From: Cetorhinus maximus | Taxonomy: Eukaryota | Assembly: GCF_964194155.1 (NCBI RefSeq) | Contig: NC_135902.1 | Location: 52,328,001 to 52,392,000, forward strand | Length of the DNA stretch: 64,000 bases | Direction: 5' to 3' | Shown: positions 1-11,191 of the stretch, piece by piece | How the letters are laid out: each line of letters begins with the position of its first letter | Numbering within the stretch: position 1 is the stretch's first letter | Made by a program: the position numbers and the translations under genes | The notes under the pieces: model-generated | What the model was told of the DNA's origin: nothing | The model's database searches: none | The model's input: the letters and a program-made list of their open reading frames with translations, nothing else

Positions 1-345
1 GCCTGTTCCGTCATCCAGTTAGAATATGACTGATCTGCACTTCAATTTCATTTACATTCCTTTGCTGCATATCCCTTAGAACCTTTATCCAACAAAAAAA
101 AACTATTTATCTTAGTCTTGAAAGTTCCAATTGATCCAGCATTCAGTGGGAGAGAGTTCCAGATTTCCACTAACCTTGTGTGAAGAACTGTTTCCTGATT
201 TCACTCCTAAATCTCTTGACTCTAATGATATTCCCTTGGTCTGGATTTCCCCTGACCAGAGGAAATAGATTCTCTCTATCCTATAGAATCCCTTTATCCT
301 TCCAAATATTTTGATTAAATCACCCCTCAAGCTACTAAACTCAAA
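1..345 (-). mobile_element. CR1 LINE 3' fragment
   Basis: 'LRGDLIKIF' and a CR1-type 3' UTR. Confidence 0.8.
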
Positions 346-1294
346 GGAATTTTGGTGTTCGTTCCTTGTGGTTAGAGCTGACCATGACATCAACTAGAAT
401 TCATTGAGATGATGGATGATGTCATGACTTGTGCATGAAATAGATTATAGTGAGGAAGAGTTGCACTGCATCAACCTCAATCTCAAATCCTGTCACATCT
501 GAGTCTAGTACCAAGACAAAGTTGAAACAGCTGGAGATGACTCTGAATACAGTGGGTGACCTTGGTACCTTGAGTGTCTGACCACACTCTCAGCGTTCCA
601 CAATGCTTTGCCTTGTTGCCGTTGGACATTGACTTTGTGTTGAATTCTTCCACCCACAATGCCAAGTTAAAACTTTGCACATAAGGATAGGCGAATCTGA
701 ACTCACTGATGGGGTTTTGCCGAGATGGACTGCCTGAGTGTGGCCACTCTTTCATGCAAACAACTACTTCTGAGCCACAGATGAGATTTGGGTGCCAGTG
801 AGGACCAATGAAAGGTGAACCACTTCGAAGAGTGCGACAAGTCCCCACTTTACAGAGGTACAACCCCTTCCAGATACACCCCATACAAACCAAGTACATA
901 TAACCTGACTTTCATTACTTTAATGTGATACTCAGGGGTCACTGGAATGTGGATGCAGGAGGTTAGAGAGGATATATGTTAAAAAGGACAGAACGCATGA
1001 CTTTCAACTGGGGACTGGATTAAGTCTGTTCCCTGCTTTGATTATTCCAGCCTCACCTCTCTTTGGAGACAACACTTGGTTTTTATCATCACACTCCCCT
1101 CCTCCCCTCAGGTGTGCAATGCCATGGAAGATAAAGTAGCAATTAATAATTGTTGATCATTACAGCTAATATAATGAACAATAAAAATCATAGAATTGTA
1201 TTTGGCCCATCATGCTTGTGCTGGCTCTCTTGAGATATATAAATGACTTAATATTTATATTATTACCAGTACTAGAAAATAATATTGTTAAAAA

Positions 1295-1700
1295 GCTTGG
1301 CTTGATGGGTAGCATGTTCACCTCTGAGTCGGAAGGTTGTGCTTTGAAGGTCCACTACAGAAAGGTGACCACAATTCAACCTAGGCTGTCACTCCGGTGC
1401 AGTACTGAGGGAGTGCTGCACTGTCAGAAGTGCCATCTTTCAGATGTGACCTTGACCTGGGTGGCCTGTCTGACTGTTCAAAGGTCCCGAGGGACTTGGG
1501 AGAGCAACAAAAGCTGACTTAATGGCCCGAGCAACAGCCTTCCCTCAGCTGAAAGGTATTATCAGGTCATTGCTCACTGTGTACAGCAAGTCACCATCTG
1601 CAGAATTCACTGGCACACTCACCACACAGAACAACAAGTGACTACACTGTCTGCAAAGGACATCCTGAGGATGTGAAAGGCTCCACATGAATTAAAGTTG
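1295..1700 (+). mobile_element. Ancient SINE (DeuSINE/SacSINE-like by inference)
   Basis: Core GTGCAGTACTGAGGGAGTGCTGCACTGTCAGA.GTGCC.TCTTTC.GATG. Other copies on - at ~7400-7765, 19225-19635, 45205-45665 and 54810-55430. Confidence 0.7.
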
Positions 1701-1788
1701 CTGATTTACCAATTCCTGAGGTCAACACAGAGCAGACACCAACAATAACCTTTCAAAAAATTAGATTAGAATAGGACAGGGCACAGGG

Positions 1789-1933
1789 ATAAAAACAAAA
1801 AGCTAAAAGCTACTGCGGATGCTGGAAATCCAAAACAAAATAAAAACAGAATTACCTGGAAAAACTCAGCAAGTCTGGCAGCATCAGCGGAGAAGAAATC
1901 AGTCAACGTTTCGAGCCCTCATGGCCCTTCACA
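1789..1933. mobile_element. Single arm of Penelope-like-derived palindromic repeat
   Basis: Closely similar to 10961-11087 (CTACTGCGGATGCTGGAAATCC...CGTTTCGAG). Confidence 0.75.
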
Positions 1934-2083
1934 GGGGGCGGGGACAAGGGCCGGGGGGCGGGGACAGGGGACAGGGGGGGCGGGGACAGGGGCCGGGGGG
2001 CGGGGACAAGGGCCGGGGGGGCGGGGACAGGGGCCGGGGGGGCGGGGACAGGGGCCGGGGGGGCGGGGACAGGGGGAGGGGAC
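1934..2083 (+). repeat. G-rich minisatellite (~21-nt unit GGGGACAGGGGCCGGGGGGGC)
   Basis: About 7 tandem units with G4-G7 runs, visible directly. Confidence 0.95.
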
Positions 2084-2084
2084 A

Positions 2085-2375
2085 TTACCCCAGCGGCCAG
2101 CAGGTGGCGGGTGGGAACCGAGTTCCGGGCGCTGGTTTCGGCCGGACGGATCCAGGTGCCGCGCTGCTCGGGCCTGGGGGACCCGATTGGCGGCTGCACC
2201 CGGGCCGCGGTCATGGTGGTGAGGGGCCTGAGGTGCTTCGTGAGCCGAGGTACCGGCGCCGGGAGCGCGGGGAGAGTCTCCCCCGGGGGTCCGAGCTGTT
2301 TCACCCGGGGGGGGGAATCACACGCTGCCAACCTTCGCCTCTCTGACCGGCGGGGTTTCTGCCTCAGTGAGGAAC
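2085..2375 (+). promoter_or_regulatory. CpG island / TEFM promoter and first exon
   Basis: CpG-dense segment around the TEFM ATG; ATTGG at 2186-2190. Confidence 0.65.
2213..2249 (+). CDS. TEFM: TEFM (mitochondrial transcription elongation factor) coding exon 1
   Basis: ATG (gtcATGG) in a CpG island. Encodes MVVRGLRCFVSR+G, which is Arg-rich and presequence-like. The donor GAG|gtaccg is phase 1, matching the exon 2 acceptor. Confidence 0.75.
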
Positions 2376-2377
2376 CC

Positions 2378-2964
2378 ACCCCCCCTGCTCCCCCTCCCCC
2401 CCCCCCGCTCTCCCTCCCCCGCTCCCCCTGTTCCGCTCCCCCTGTTCCCCCCCCCGCTCCCCCTGTTCCCCCCCCCCGCTCCCCCTGTTCCCCCCCCGCT
2501 CCCCCTGTTCCCCCCCCGCTCCCCCTGTTCCCCCCCCCGCTCCCCCTGTTCCCCCCCCCGCTCCCCCTGTTCCCCCCCCCGCTCCCCCTGTTCCCCCCCC
2601 CGCTCCCCCTGTTCCCCCCCCCGCTCCCCCTGTTCCCCCCCCCGCTCCCCCTGTTCCCCCCCCCGCTCCCCCTGTTCCCCCCCTCCCCCTGTTCCCCCCT
2701 GCTCCCCCTGCCCTCCCCTTCCCCCTGCCCTCCCCTTCCCCCCATCCCCCTGCCCTCCCCTTCCCCCCTGCTCCCCCTGCCCTCCCCCCATCCCCCTGCC
2801 CTCCCCCTCCCCCCATCCCCCTGCCCTCCCCCTCCCCCCATCCCCCTGCCCTCCCCCTCCCCCCATCCCCCTGCCCTCCCCCTCCCCCCATCCCCCTGCC
2901 CTCCCCCCATCCCCCTGCTCCCTCCCCCCCCCGTGCTCCCTCCACCCCCTGCTCCCCCTCCCCT
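2378..2964 (+). repeat. C-rich minisatellite in TEFM intron 1 (CCCCTGTTCCCCCCCCCGCT, then CCCCTGCCCTCCCCCTCCCCCAT-type units)
   Basis: Visible directly; explains the Gly/Pro-rich spurious ORFs here. Confidence 0.95.
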
Positions 2965-3039
2965 CATGGCAGGAGGGTGTAATGTTACTTTATGAAATTT
3001 CTATTGACTTTTTTGAGTTATACAACAACATGATGCCGT

Positions 3040-3500
3040 TAGTGTATTAAAACTCCCCAAGGTGTTTCATAGGAGCATATCAAACAACATTTATCACCAA
3101 ACTACATAAGGAGATATATATTAGGACAGGTGACCAAAGGTTTTGTCAAACAGGTAGGCATTAGGGAATATCTTAAAGGAAGAGAGAGAGGCTGAGACCT
3201 TACGGCCCAGGCAGCCGAAGGCACGGTTGCCAATCACGTGGAGCGATTAAAATCTGGGATGCTGAAGAGATCAAAATTGGAGAAACGCAGAGATTGCAGA
3301 GAATTGTGGGGCTGGAGGAGATTAAAGAGATTGGGAGGAGTGAGGCCATGGAGCGATTTGAAAACAAGGATCAGAATTTTGGTACTGAGGCACTGCCAGA
3401 CTTGGAAGCCAGTGTAGGTCAGTAAGAACAGGTGGTGATAGATGAACAGGACTTGTGCAAGTTAGGACATGGGCAGCAGAATTTTGGAGAGTTGACAGAG
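3040..3500 (-). mobile_element. L2-like LINE 3' fragment
   Basis: Similar to copies at ~31660-31875, 38460-38680 and 40960-41150. Confidence 0.6.
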
Positions 3501-3580
3501 AGTGGAAGGTAGATGGGTGACCGGCCAGGAGAGATGTTTCAAAGCATCACGTCTCATGGAGTGTGTTTGTATTTCCCTAG

Positions 3581-4038
3581 GCCGGCAGTGTGTGTTCCAG
3601 CAGCTGAGGCTCCCCGGCATGGTGAGACACCAGCGCTATCTCCGCTGCACTTGTTGTAAGGAAGGTCACTACACTATGGCGGATCTCCACCACCTCGACT
3701 GCTCACAGCCTGACCCAGAGGCCGAGGACATCGATGAGCGCTACACCCCCCAGCAGCGGGCGGCTGTCCTGCGGGTGCTGAACACAGCCTCCCGGGAGGA
3801 GCTGGCGGGAATCAAACTGCTGCGTGGCCGGAAGTCGGCCAACATTGTGGAGTATAGAGATGAACGTGGGCCATTCACACACCTGCGGTGTCTACTGGAG
3901 GTGCCGCTCTTCAAACACAAAACCATAACGAAAGTGTGTCAGTCAATCCTGAATCCCTGTGAGGAGCCTGGGAGGAGAGACAAGAAACTTCAAGGACTGA
4001 AGTTTATCAAACCTGATGTAGAACGAAAGCGACTTCTG
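3581..4038 (+). CDS. TEFM: TEFM coding exon 2 (HhH-like N-terminal domain)
   Basis: Acceptor tttccctag|, donor CTG|gtaagg. Peptide ...VLRVLNTASREELAGIKLLRGRKSANIVEYRDERGPF...FIKPDVERKRLL resembles vertebrate TEFM. Confidence 0.95.
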
Positions 4039-4069
4039 GTAAGGGCTGAAGTAAACGGCAAGGAGGCTG

Positions 4070-4230
4070 TACAAACAGTACACTGGATATACAAACAGTA
4101 CACTGGATATACAAACAGTACACTGGATATACAAACGGTGCACTGGATATACAAACGGTGCACTGGATATACAAATGGTGCACTGAATGTATGATTGGTA
4201 TACTGGATGTAGAATAGGTATACTGGATAG
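4070..4230 (+). repeat. 20-bp minisatellite (TACAAACAGTACACTGGATA) in TEFM intron 2
   Basis: About 6 well-conserved units followed by decayed ones. Confidence 0.9.
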
Positions 4231-4707
4231 ATAATTAGTATACCGAACATACTCAAAACCCTGAGCTCCTGACAGGCGAGAATTCTGTCGGTGAGCTGCA
4301 GATGACACTGGTGGACGTGCCTAATTACAACATGGCTTATTTAGACCATTTCCTTTAGAAATGTGAGGACAGCAGTTTATAATGCGGGACTGGTATTTGA
4401 TGTTGATACAGAATTGAAAAGCCCGACAACAGAAAGTAAGGTTCTGTTGAAGTGTGTTCGGATGTAAGATTTTGAATCTATAGATGTGATGCTTGGTTGA
4501 TGCTGTTGAAACTGTCTGTGGTGAGGTGGTTTGCTTTGTATGTGCATGCACTTTCCAGAGTGGAGTTCCTGAGCTGAATGTTGCAGGTTGGTGATGTCTG
4601 GCCTACCGCAGAAATAGCCTTTATGTAAGAATACTGTGCGCATGGAAATTGCACACTCTGACCGGGAAAGACGTCCTACCTAAATATATCCTCTCATTTA
4701 TCACAAG

Positions 4708-4857
4708 GCTGCAAAAAGCATTGTGTCAGTCGTGTTTGGAATCCGTAAGATTGCCTGGGCTCACGTGGACCGGAATCTGACTGTTCTAGACTGGAATCAG
4801 GAGACGAGTCATCGCTATATGAAAGGCACCTACCTGCCCTCCGTCTACCTTGAGGAG
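4708..4857 (+). CDS. TEFM: TEFM coding exon 3
   Basis: 150 nt, phase 0/0, cacaag|GCT...GAG|gtaagt. Encodes AAKSIVSVVFGIRKIAWAHVDRNLTVLDW...YLPSVYLEE. Confidence 0.95.
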
Positions 4858-5399
4858 GTAAGTCGCTCAGCAGGTTTTTCTCTCTCCGTTCTCCTGGGCT
4901 CCCACTGCACTCTGCCAGAGAAGTGGCCAGTCCAATTATCGCCAAAGGCTTGTATCCTTTCAAAGATTCAAAGTGGAGGGGTGAGCTAATTGAGGTGTTT
5001 GAGTCGATTCAAGGAATTGATAGAGAGAAACTGTTTCCTCTGAATTTGGGTTGTCAACTCTGTTTGGATGAATTCGTGGAGGTTTCATCACATGACCTCC
5101 TCCCCCAGCCTAAACATCGAGTGAAACAGCCTTATCCCCCATCACTAATATTTTTCTAATGAGTAAATATACCGTTCAAAAAGAATAAATAATGGGTTTT
5201 GTTCAGAGAAGATTAATCCTCAATTCCTGGAGACTCCAGATCAGTACAGGAGGGTTGGCAATGGGTTTCTGGAGTACGAGGAACCTAATCTTAGATTTAG
5301 ATTTAGAGTTATTAGATTTAGAGCCCTTATTCACAGGGCAGTGGAAATCTGGAACTTTCCTTCCTAAAAAGGGGTTGAGGCTGGAGGATTTTTGTTTAA

Positions 5400-5740
5400 T
5401 TCATTCATGAAATGCTGACGATACCAGAATTTGTTGCCCATCCCTAATTGCCCTTGTTCAGAGGGCATCTGAGAGTCAACCACATTGCTGTGGGCCTGGA
5501 GTCACATGTAGGCCAGACTGGGTAAGGACAACAGATTTCCTTCCCTAAAGGGCATTAGTGAATGCAGATGGGTTTTTATTACATTCGACAATGGTTTCAT
5601 GGTCGTTATTAGACTTTTAATTCCAGATTTTTATTGAATTCAAATTTCACCATCTGCCGTAGCGGGATTCAAACCCGGGTCTCCAGAGCATTACCCTGGG
5701 TCTCTGGATTACTAGTCCAACGACAATACCACTATGCCAT
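5400..5740 (-). mobile_element. tRNA-derived SINE (inserted in a CR1 3' fragment)
   Basis: A-box TGGCATAGTGG and B-box-like GGTTTGAATCCC on the - strand; homologous to 48432-48795. Confidence 0.85.
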
Positions 5741-6422
5741 CAATTGAAAATTTCAAAGCTGAGGTTGATAAGATTTTTGTTAAGGCTGGGGTATGAAGGA
5801 TTACAGAACCAAGGCAGGTAGATGGAGTTAAGATACAGATCAGCCATGATCTAATTGACGGAACAGGCTCGAGGCCATCTCCTGTTCCCAGGGAACTGTG
5901 ATTCAGCTTAAGTTAGAGCAGGAGAAGGGTACTCTGCCCTGTGGAGAGGTGCATGCCTCAGCTCACTGCCTGTCCCTCAGTGGCCTCTGGTATTAGCTGC
6001 TGCTCCTCTACAGATCACAGCGGTTTAGAAACAGACTATGTCACTATCCTGAATACTCCTGAGATCTGCAGAAGGTATATGTGCGGAGAGGGGGTCAAAC
6101 TGGCCAGTATCCAAGAGGGCACAGATTTCGAATAATTGGCAAAAGTTCCAGAGGTACACAAGGGGAATTTTATTTTTATGCAGCAAGTTCTGATCTGGAA
6201 TATGCTGCCTGAAAGGGCAGGAGAAGCAGATTCGGAATTGGATAAATACTTGAAAAAGAAACAGTTTGCAGGACCGTGGGGCAAGAGCAGGGAAATGGGG
6301 CTTTCAAAGACCTAGCACAGGAGCAATGGACTGAATGGCCTCCTGTGTGCTGTAAGATTCTAATGTCTTTCCAGATTCCTTGAAAATTCTAACATCCCTC
6401 TTTCTTTTCCATTTATTTGCAG

Positions 6423-6854
6423 ATCTCCACGGCCGTCTCTAAAATCCCCAAAGCAGATTTCTTCATCTTGGAGAAGCCCAGCATCTCGACTCAGAACACC
6501 AACCTGTTCCCTGTGACTCTGCACTTGCGCACAATTGAGGCCATGCTACACGGGCTGCTGGGGGGCAGCTTCCTGGAGGATGGTCAGCACAGGGTGCTGA
6601 GCGTGGTGCGTGCTGCAATTGGGAAGCACTTTGAATTAATGGTGGGGGAATCCCGGACCAGCGGGAGGGAACTGGTGCTGCAGCTCATGGTTGACTCGGT
6701 GATGCAGGAGCACCCACGGGTGCTGTTTCCCCGGGACACACTGGCCCGCTATAGGAGACTGTTTCAGAAGGGAAGTGCAGATCGGGGAGAGGAAATGTGC
6801 GATGCTTTGCTGCAGGCTGTTGCTTTTTACGAATTTCTGTTTAACAGGCCTTAA
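6423..6854 (+). CDS. TEFM: TEFM coding exon 4 (RuvC/RNase H-like pseudonuclease C-terminus)
   Basis: Long polypyrimidine tract then tttgcag|ATC. Encodes ISTAVSKIPKADFFILEK...EEMCDALLQAVAFYE, ending TAA. Spliced CDS is 1077 nt = 358 aa. Confidence 0.95.
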   Translation: MSTAVSKIPKADFFILEKPSISTQNTNLFPVTLHLRTIEAMLHGLLGGSFLEDGQHRVLSVVRAAIGKHFELMVGESRTSGRELVLQLMVDSVMQEHPRVLFPRDTLARYRRLFQKGSADRGEEMCDALLQAVAFYEFLFNRP

Positions 6855-7026
6855 ATATCACATCACGATTAAAGAGGGACTTGATCAGTTACCACCAGTA
6901 TCTTAACAGGTGCCAGTCATGGTCATCCAAGGGCACTGAGGTCAACGATTGTAACCCATTTTGCGCAGAGCATTTAGTACAGAGGGCTGAGCGCATTGCA
7001 AGCAACGGTGAGGAGTAACTTCAGCC

Positions 7027-7240
7027 TAAAATAAAAATAGGAAATGCTGGAAATAGTCAGCAGCTCAGGCAGCATGTATGGAGAGAGAAACAGAGTTAAA
7101 GTTTCAGGTTACTGACCTTTCATCAGAACCGACCCGAACGTTAATGCTGTTTCTCTCTCCACAGATGCTGGATGAGCAGTTGACTATTTCAGCAGTTTCC
7201 TGTTTTTAGTTCATATTTCCAGTATCCGCAGTATTTTGAT
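7027..7240. mobile_element. Palindromic Penelope-like-derived repeat just downstream of the TEFM stop
   Basis: Inverted arms GAAATGCTGGAAATAGTCAGCAG...CTGATGA core (- strand)...CCACAGATGCTG...GACTATTTCAGCAGTTTC. Confidence 0.75.
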
Positions 7241-7399
7241 TTTCAGCTTGTTGCTCAGAGACTATTGAATCAATTCTTCTTGCTTTGTCAAACAGTTTGC
7301 TCCTGCCTCAGTAACGTTAGAGATGATGTTCCCTCTCAACATGTTTGAAGAAAGAACAAACTTCCTTTTAAATGGCAGCTCTCATGACCTCAGTGTCTG

Positions 7400-7765
7400 T
7401 TGTAATGTGGGAAAGGCGACAGCCATTTTGCACATAGGCAGATCCCACAAACAGCAATGTGATAATGACCTGTTAATCTGTTTTTTAATGCTGATGATTG
7501 AAGGATAAATATTGACCCCAGGACACTGGGGCTAACCACCTACTATTCTTCAAATAGTGTTTGAAATCGATTACATCAACATGGGAGGGAAGATGGGGCC
7601 TTCGTGTAATGTCTCATCTGCAAGATGGCACCTCTGTCAGTGCAGCACTCCCTCAGAAGTGCCTGGCTTGTCAGTCTAGATCATGAGCTCCAGAGCCTGG
7701 AATAGAACTTGAACCCACAACCTTTTTGACTCAACTGAGAATGTTGCTGACTGAGCCACCGCCAA
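7400..7765 (-). mobile_element. Ancient SINE (DeuSINE-like)
   Basis: CAGTGCAGCACTCCCTCAG core and a tRNA-like head at ~7700-7765. Confidence 0.75.
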
Positions 7766-10700
7766 CGTAAAGACGAGATCAGTAGGTGAATCCTGTGACC
7801 TTTTTGGTCGGTACGGGGAGAAACACAAGGCCATCAAGAACTAGTTATATTTCTGAATGCTTTTATTTAAAGGGACCGTTGTCTTCTCGGAGCCAGTTTG
7901 ATCAACCCTTTTTGTGTCTTTACAAATGTCCAGTGATGGAAACTGTCTGAGCTTGTCTTTATTGGTTGAAAATTGTCTCACACTAAAATCATACACACTT
8001 TTGCTGCCTTCTCAAGTTTTGACAAACTGTCCTGTATGTGAGAAGTTGCCCCTTTAACTGGTCTACTTGTAAGTGGGATTGACTACGGTGTTCCAACAGG
8101 CCTGTCCCTGACCAGTTGCCGGCAAGGGACACTGTGGTAGTCTTCTAGGTAGTAGTCCTAAAGGACAACTGTGGGTCAGAGTGTTGGGGGTGGCAAATTC
8201 CTGATGATTGGGTTGTGGGGATGGATGTAAGGGGGCACGATGTGGGTGTGAGTGGCATTATGTTGAACTACACAAATACTAGGGCATCAGATTGAAATCC
8301 TGCTCTGTGCTGTTAAGTGATTGTGTCCTTCTGCCACCCAAGCTGCAGTGATTGACCTCACTGTGCCCAGGGTCAGGAGAGGAGAAACCAATCTGGGGCA
8401 GTGGGGTATGCGGAGGAGGATTCAGTTCCTGTTCACCATTCCTTGTTCCCAGCCAGAAAGCAGCTTCTGTGGCTCTTGGGTGAGAATAGAGGTTTGGTCT
8501 TTGTCCTTGCTCTATATTCTTCTTCTTGTTTGGTTCCCAGATGTTGGTAATAATCACTCTAACTTGCTATGCTGCCTTGTACAATAGAAGGACCGGTTTG
8601 ACTGTGCTGTGAAATGTGGCCCCCGGAACACTTGCACAAAACAATTAGTTCCTAGCTCTTTACAGGTAATAGAACGATGTGTAACAGTCCTGATGCCAAT
8701 CCCCATGGGATTGGATAATGGAGAGTAACCACTGCACGTGTACCCCACACCTTGAGAAAGTAGGGATAAGGAGAGAAAACCAGAGGGGAGACATGGGCAG
8801 GGGAGAGTGGGAAAAGAAAGTTTGATATCAGTCAAGAGTTAGCGTTTTTAATTGAGTTTATGTTAAGCCAGTTTCTTCAGATGGTCATAAGTGGATTCTG
8901 AGCCCATTCATGTCCTCACTTCAACACCCACACCCCCAGGACTAGGATGCACTGAACTCGGTTCTGACTTTTACTACTTGAATTTTGGTTTGAATGTTGC
9001 TCAGAGTCAGCAAACAAAGGTCATGTCTATCTTGGTCCGACATGCGCTAAGTTCAGACGTTATCCAGGTCGTGGCCCACAGCTGATGAAGAGGTTCAATC
9101 TCTGGGCTGTGCTGTGTTAACTATTTCAGGCAGGATTGGGGTATTACAACAGATTTTGTTTTGGTTTGAGTGAGAGTGAGAAATAAGATTAGGATTGCTG
9201 TCTGTTGGAAAATGTGCTTGTGCAGCTGAGTTAGTTCCTTCAGGGAAAAACATGGCACGTCTCCCCATTGACTATCTTTGTATCAGAAGTAGTGATTTTC
9301 AAATTCTAGCTGGTGCTGTGTGCAAACCACCCAGGTGTTGATTGATTTGTGCACCAATTGGACTGTGTTACATGGTTTAAACCAGACCCTGCATTAGGAC
9401 TACCACTCATTTGATTTCACTGCTGATCTGCCCTGATTTTTGAACACACCCATCATTGACCAAGTGCTTTGGGATATGTAGGTGATGGAAAGCACTATAT
9501 AAATCAAGTCCTTTAAGAAAATTTATAGTTGTAAAGCTAAGTGATTGTACATTTTAACCTGTCCTGCCTAATGTGGTTATTTATTATTAAACGGTTTCAC
9601 TGTAATCACTTGTCATTTTTGTAATGAATGTATGTGTTTTGACTTTTGACCAGGTAATTCTGAGCTGGATCCCGGCATGAGCTGTGAATATTAATTCACT
9701 AATAATTGGTTAACTGAGGAATCATTCAACATACAGATGGGAGGAGCTGGATTTGCTCTGTAGCTCCTTGCTTGGCAAGTTTCCAATCTCCGCTGCAGTC
9801 ACTGGTGGTGCCGGGGTCAGCCACCCCATCCCCAGGACAGGAAATTGTTCAGCTGGGTCCCTCCCCTCTCCCAGGACAAACACATATAAGGTGAGCCCAA
9901 CCCCCAAGAGATCATCTAATTGTGGGGTTAGGCAAGTGTAGATTGCAGTGCAGTTTTGATGAAATTGCTAGTTACAATCCTGTCAGTAAATATACAACAT
10001 AACAGTAAGTCTTTCAGTAATGACATCACTAATTTACCCTTCAATGAGGCATTTGGCTGGTATGCAGCAAGAAGGAATTTGTATCTTTCAGAAACTTCCA
10101 GTACATAACACCAAGTTTATGAAGTCACTTATGATGGGTGGAGACAGCAGCCATTTTCGAGCACTGTCAGGGGCTTGGATTTTGGCGGGGTGATATATGA
10201 GCATGAATAGAGGATTGACTACTTTTTGCTTTTGGTTTCTATCATGAAAAAGCAAAACAAGAAAACATAAGGAGGGGTGGGGGGGAACTGGATCGGAGAG
10301 AGAACCATGTGTAGCGGTGAAAGGATCAGCCAGTGCCTTCAGCACAGAAAAACCTTAGAGAAAAAACAGGATTGACATCCAAACTTTCAGATGCCCAGAA
10401 CCTAATTCACTCCCATTATCAAGTATGTTTGCCGTTCGCAATTTTGCCATTCACGGGAACATAACCCCCGCCCCCCTGCCAATGGCAGGACTTTATCTTA
10501 TATTTATGACCTTTAGTTCTGGGGTCCCCCATAAGTGGAAATATCTTGATCAATCAAACCCCTTCATAATTTTAAAAACATGCATCAGATCATTAAAGCT
10601 ACATTTTTGTGTTTCGATTGGTTTTTGGGGCATGGGTGTGGAGGTTGGCAAGGAGAGAGAAATCCCTTCGCAGCTCAACACACAACAGACTTAATTTGAA

Positions 10701-10960
10701 TTAATAGCTGAGACTGGGGTGGGGAGAAGAATATTACTCTCTCTGAAGACACTGGGAATAAAGTTCTTTGCTACTAGCTCAGTCTCAAGTGGCAGTTCTT
10801 TCTGTGGAAGACCAGCTAGGCTGTAATCACAGCTGACAAAACTGTGGTGGATCAGGGGACAGCTCGTCTGTTTTTTTCACCAAATGTGGTTCTGCCCCCC
10901 ACCCCGTCCAATTAGATTAAATTTATTAGTGGCCATCTTTGACTTTTATTAAACACAGAG

Positions 10961-11191
10961 ATAAAAACAAAAAACTACTGCGGATGCTGGAAATCCAAAA
11001 CAAAAACAGAATTATCTGGAAAAACTCAGCAGGTCTGGCAGCATCGGCAGAGAAGAAAAGAGTTGACGTTTCGAGTCCTCATGACCCAGTTCTGTTGAAG
11101 GGTCATGAGGACTCGAAACGTCAACTCTTTTCTTCTCCGCCGATGCTGCTAGACCTGCTGAGTTTTTCCAGGTAATTCTGTTTTTGTTTTT
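10961..11191. mobile_element. Palindromic Penelope-like-derived repeat (near-perfect ~90-bp arms)
   Basis: 10996-11087 is the reverse complement of 11100-11191 with ~3 mismatches. Confidence 0.85.

Noticed and set aside
400-1250. Exon of the expected syntenic neighbour ADAP2
   Set aside because: No recognisable ArfGAP or PH sequence in ORF 483-899 or the other listed ORFs.
1819-3050. Gly/Pro-rich ORFs resembling formin, extensin or RGG proteins
   Set aside because: They are translations of the G/C minisatellites in several frames on both strands.
3502-4194. Stand-alone ComEA-like HhH gene
   Set aside because: This is TEFM exon 2 plus intronic read-through; splice sites join it to exons 1, 3 and 4.
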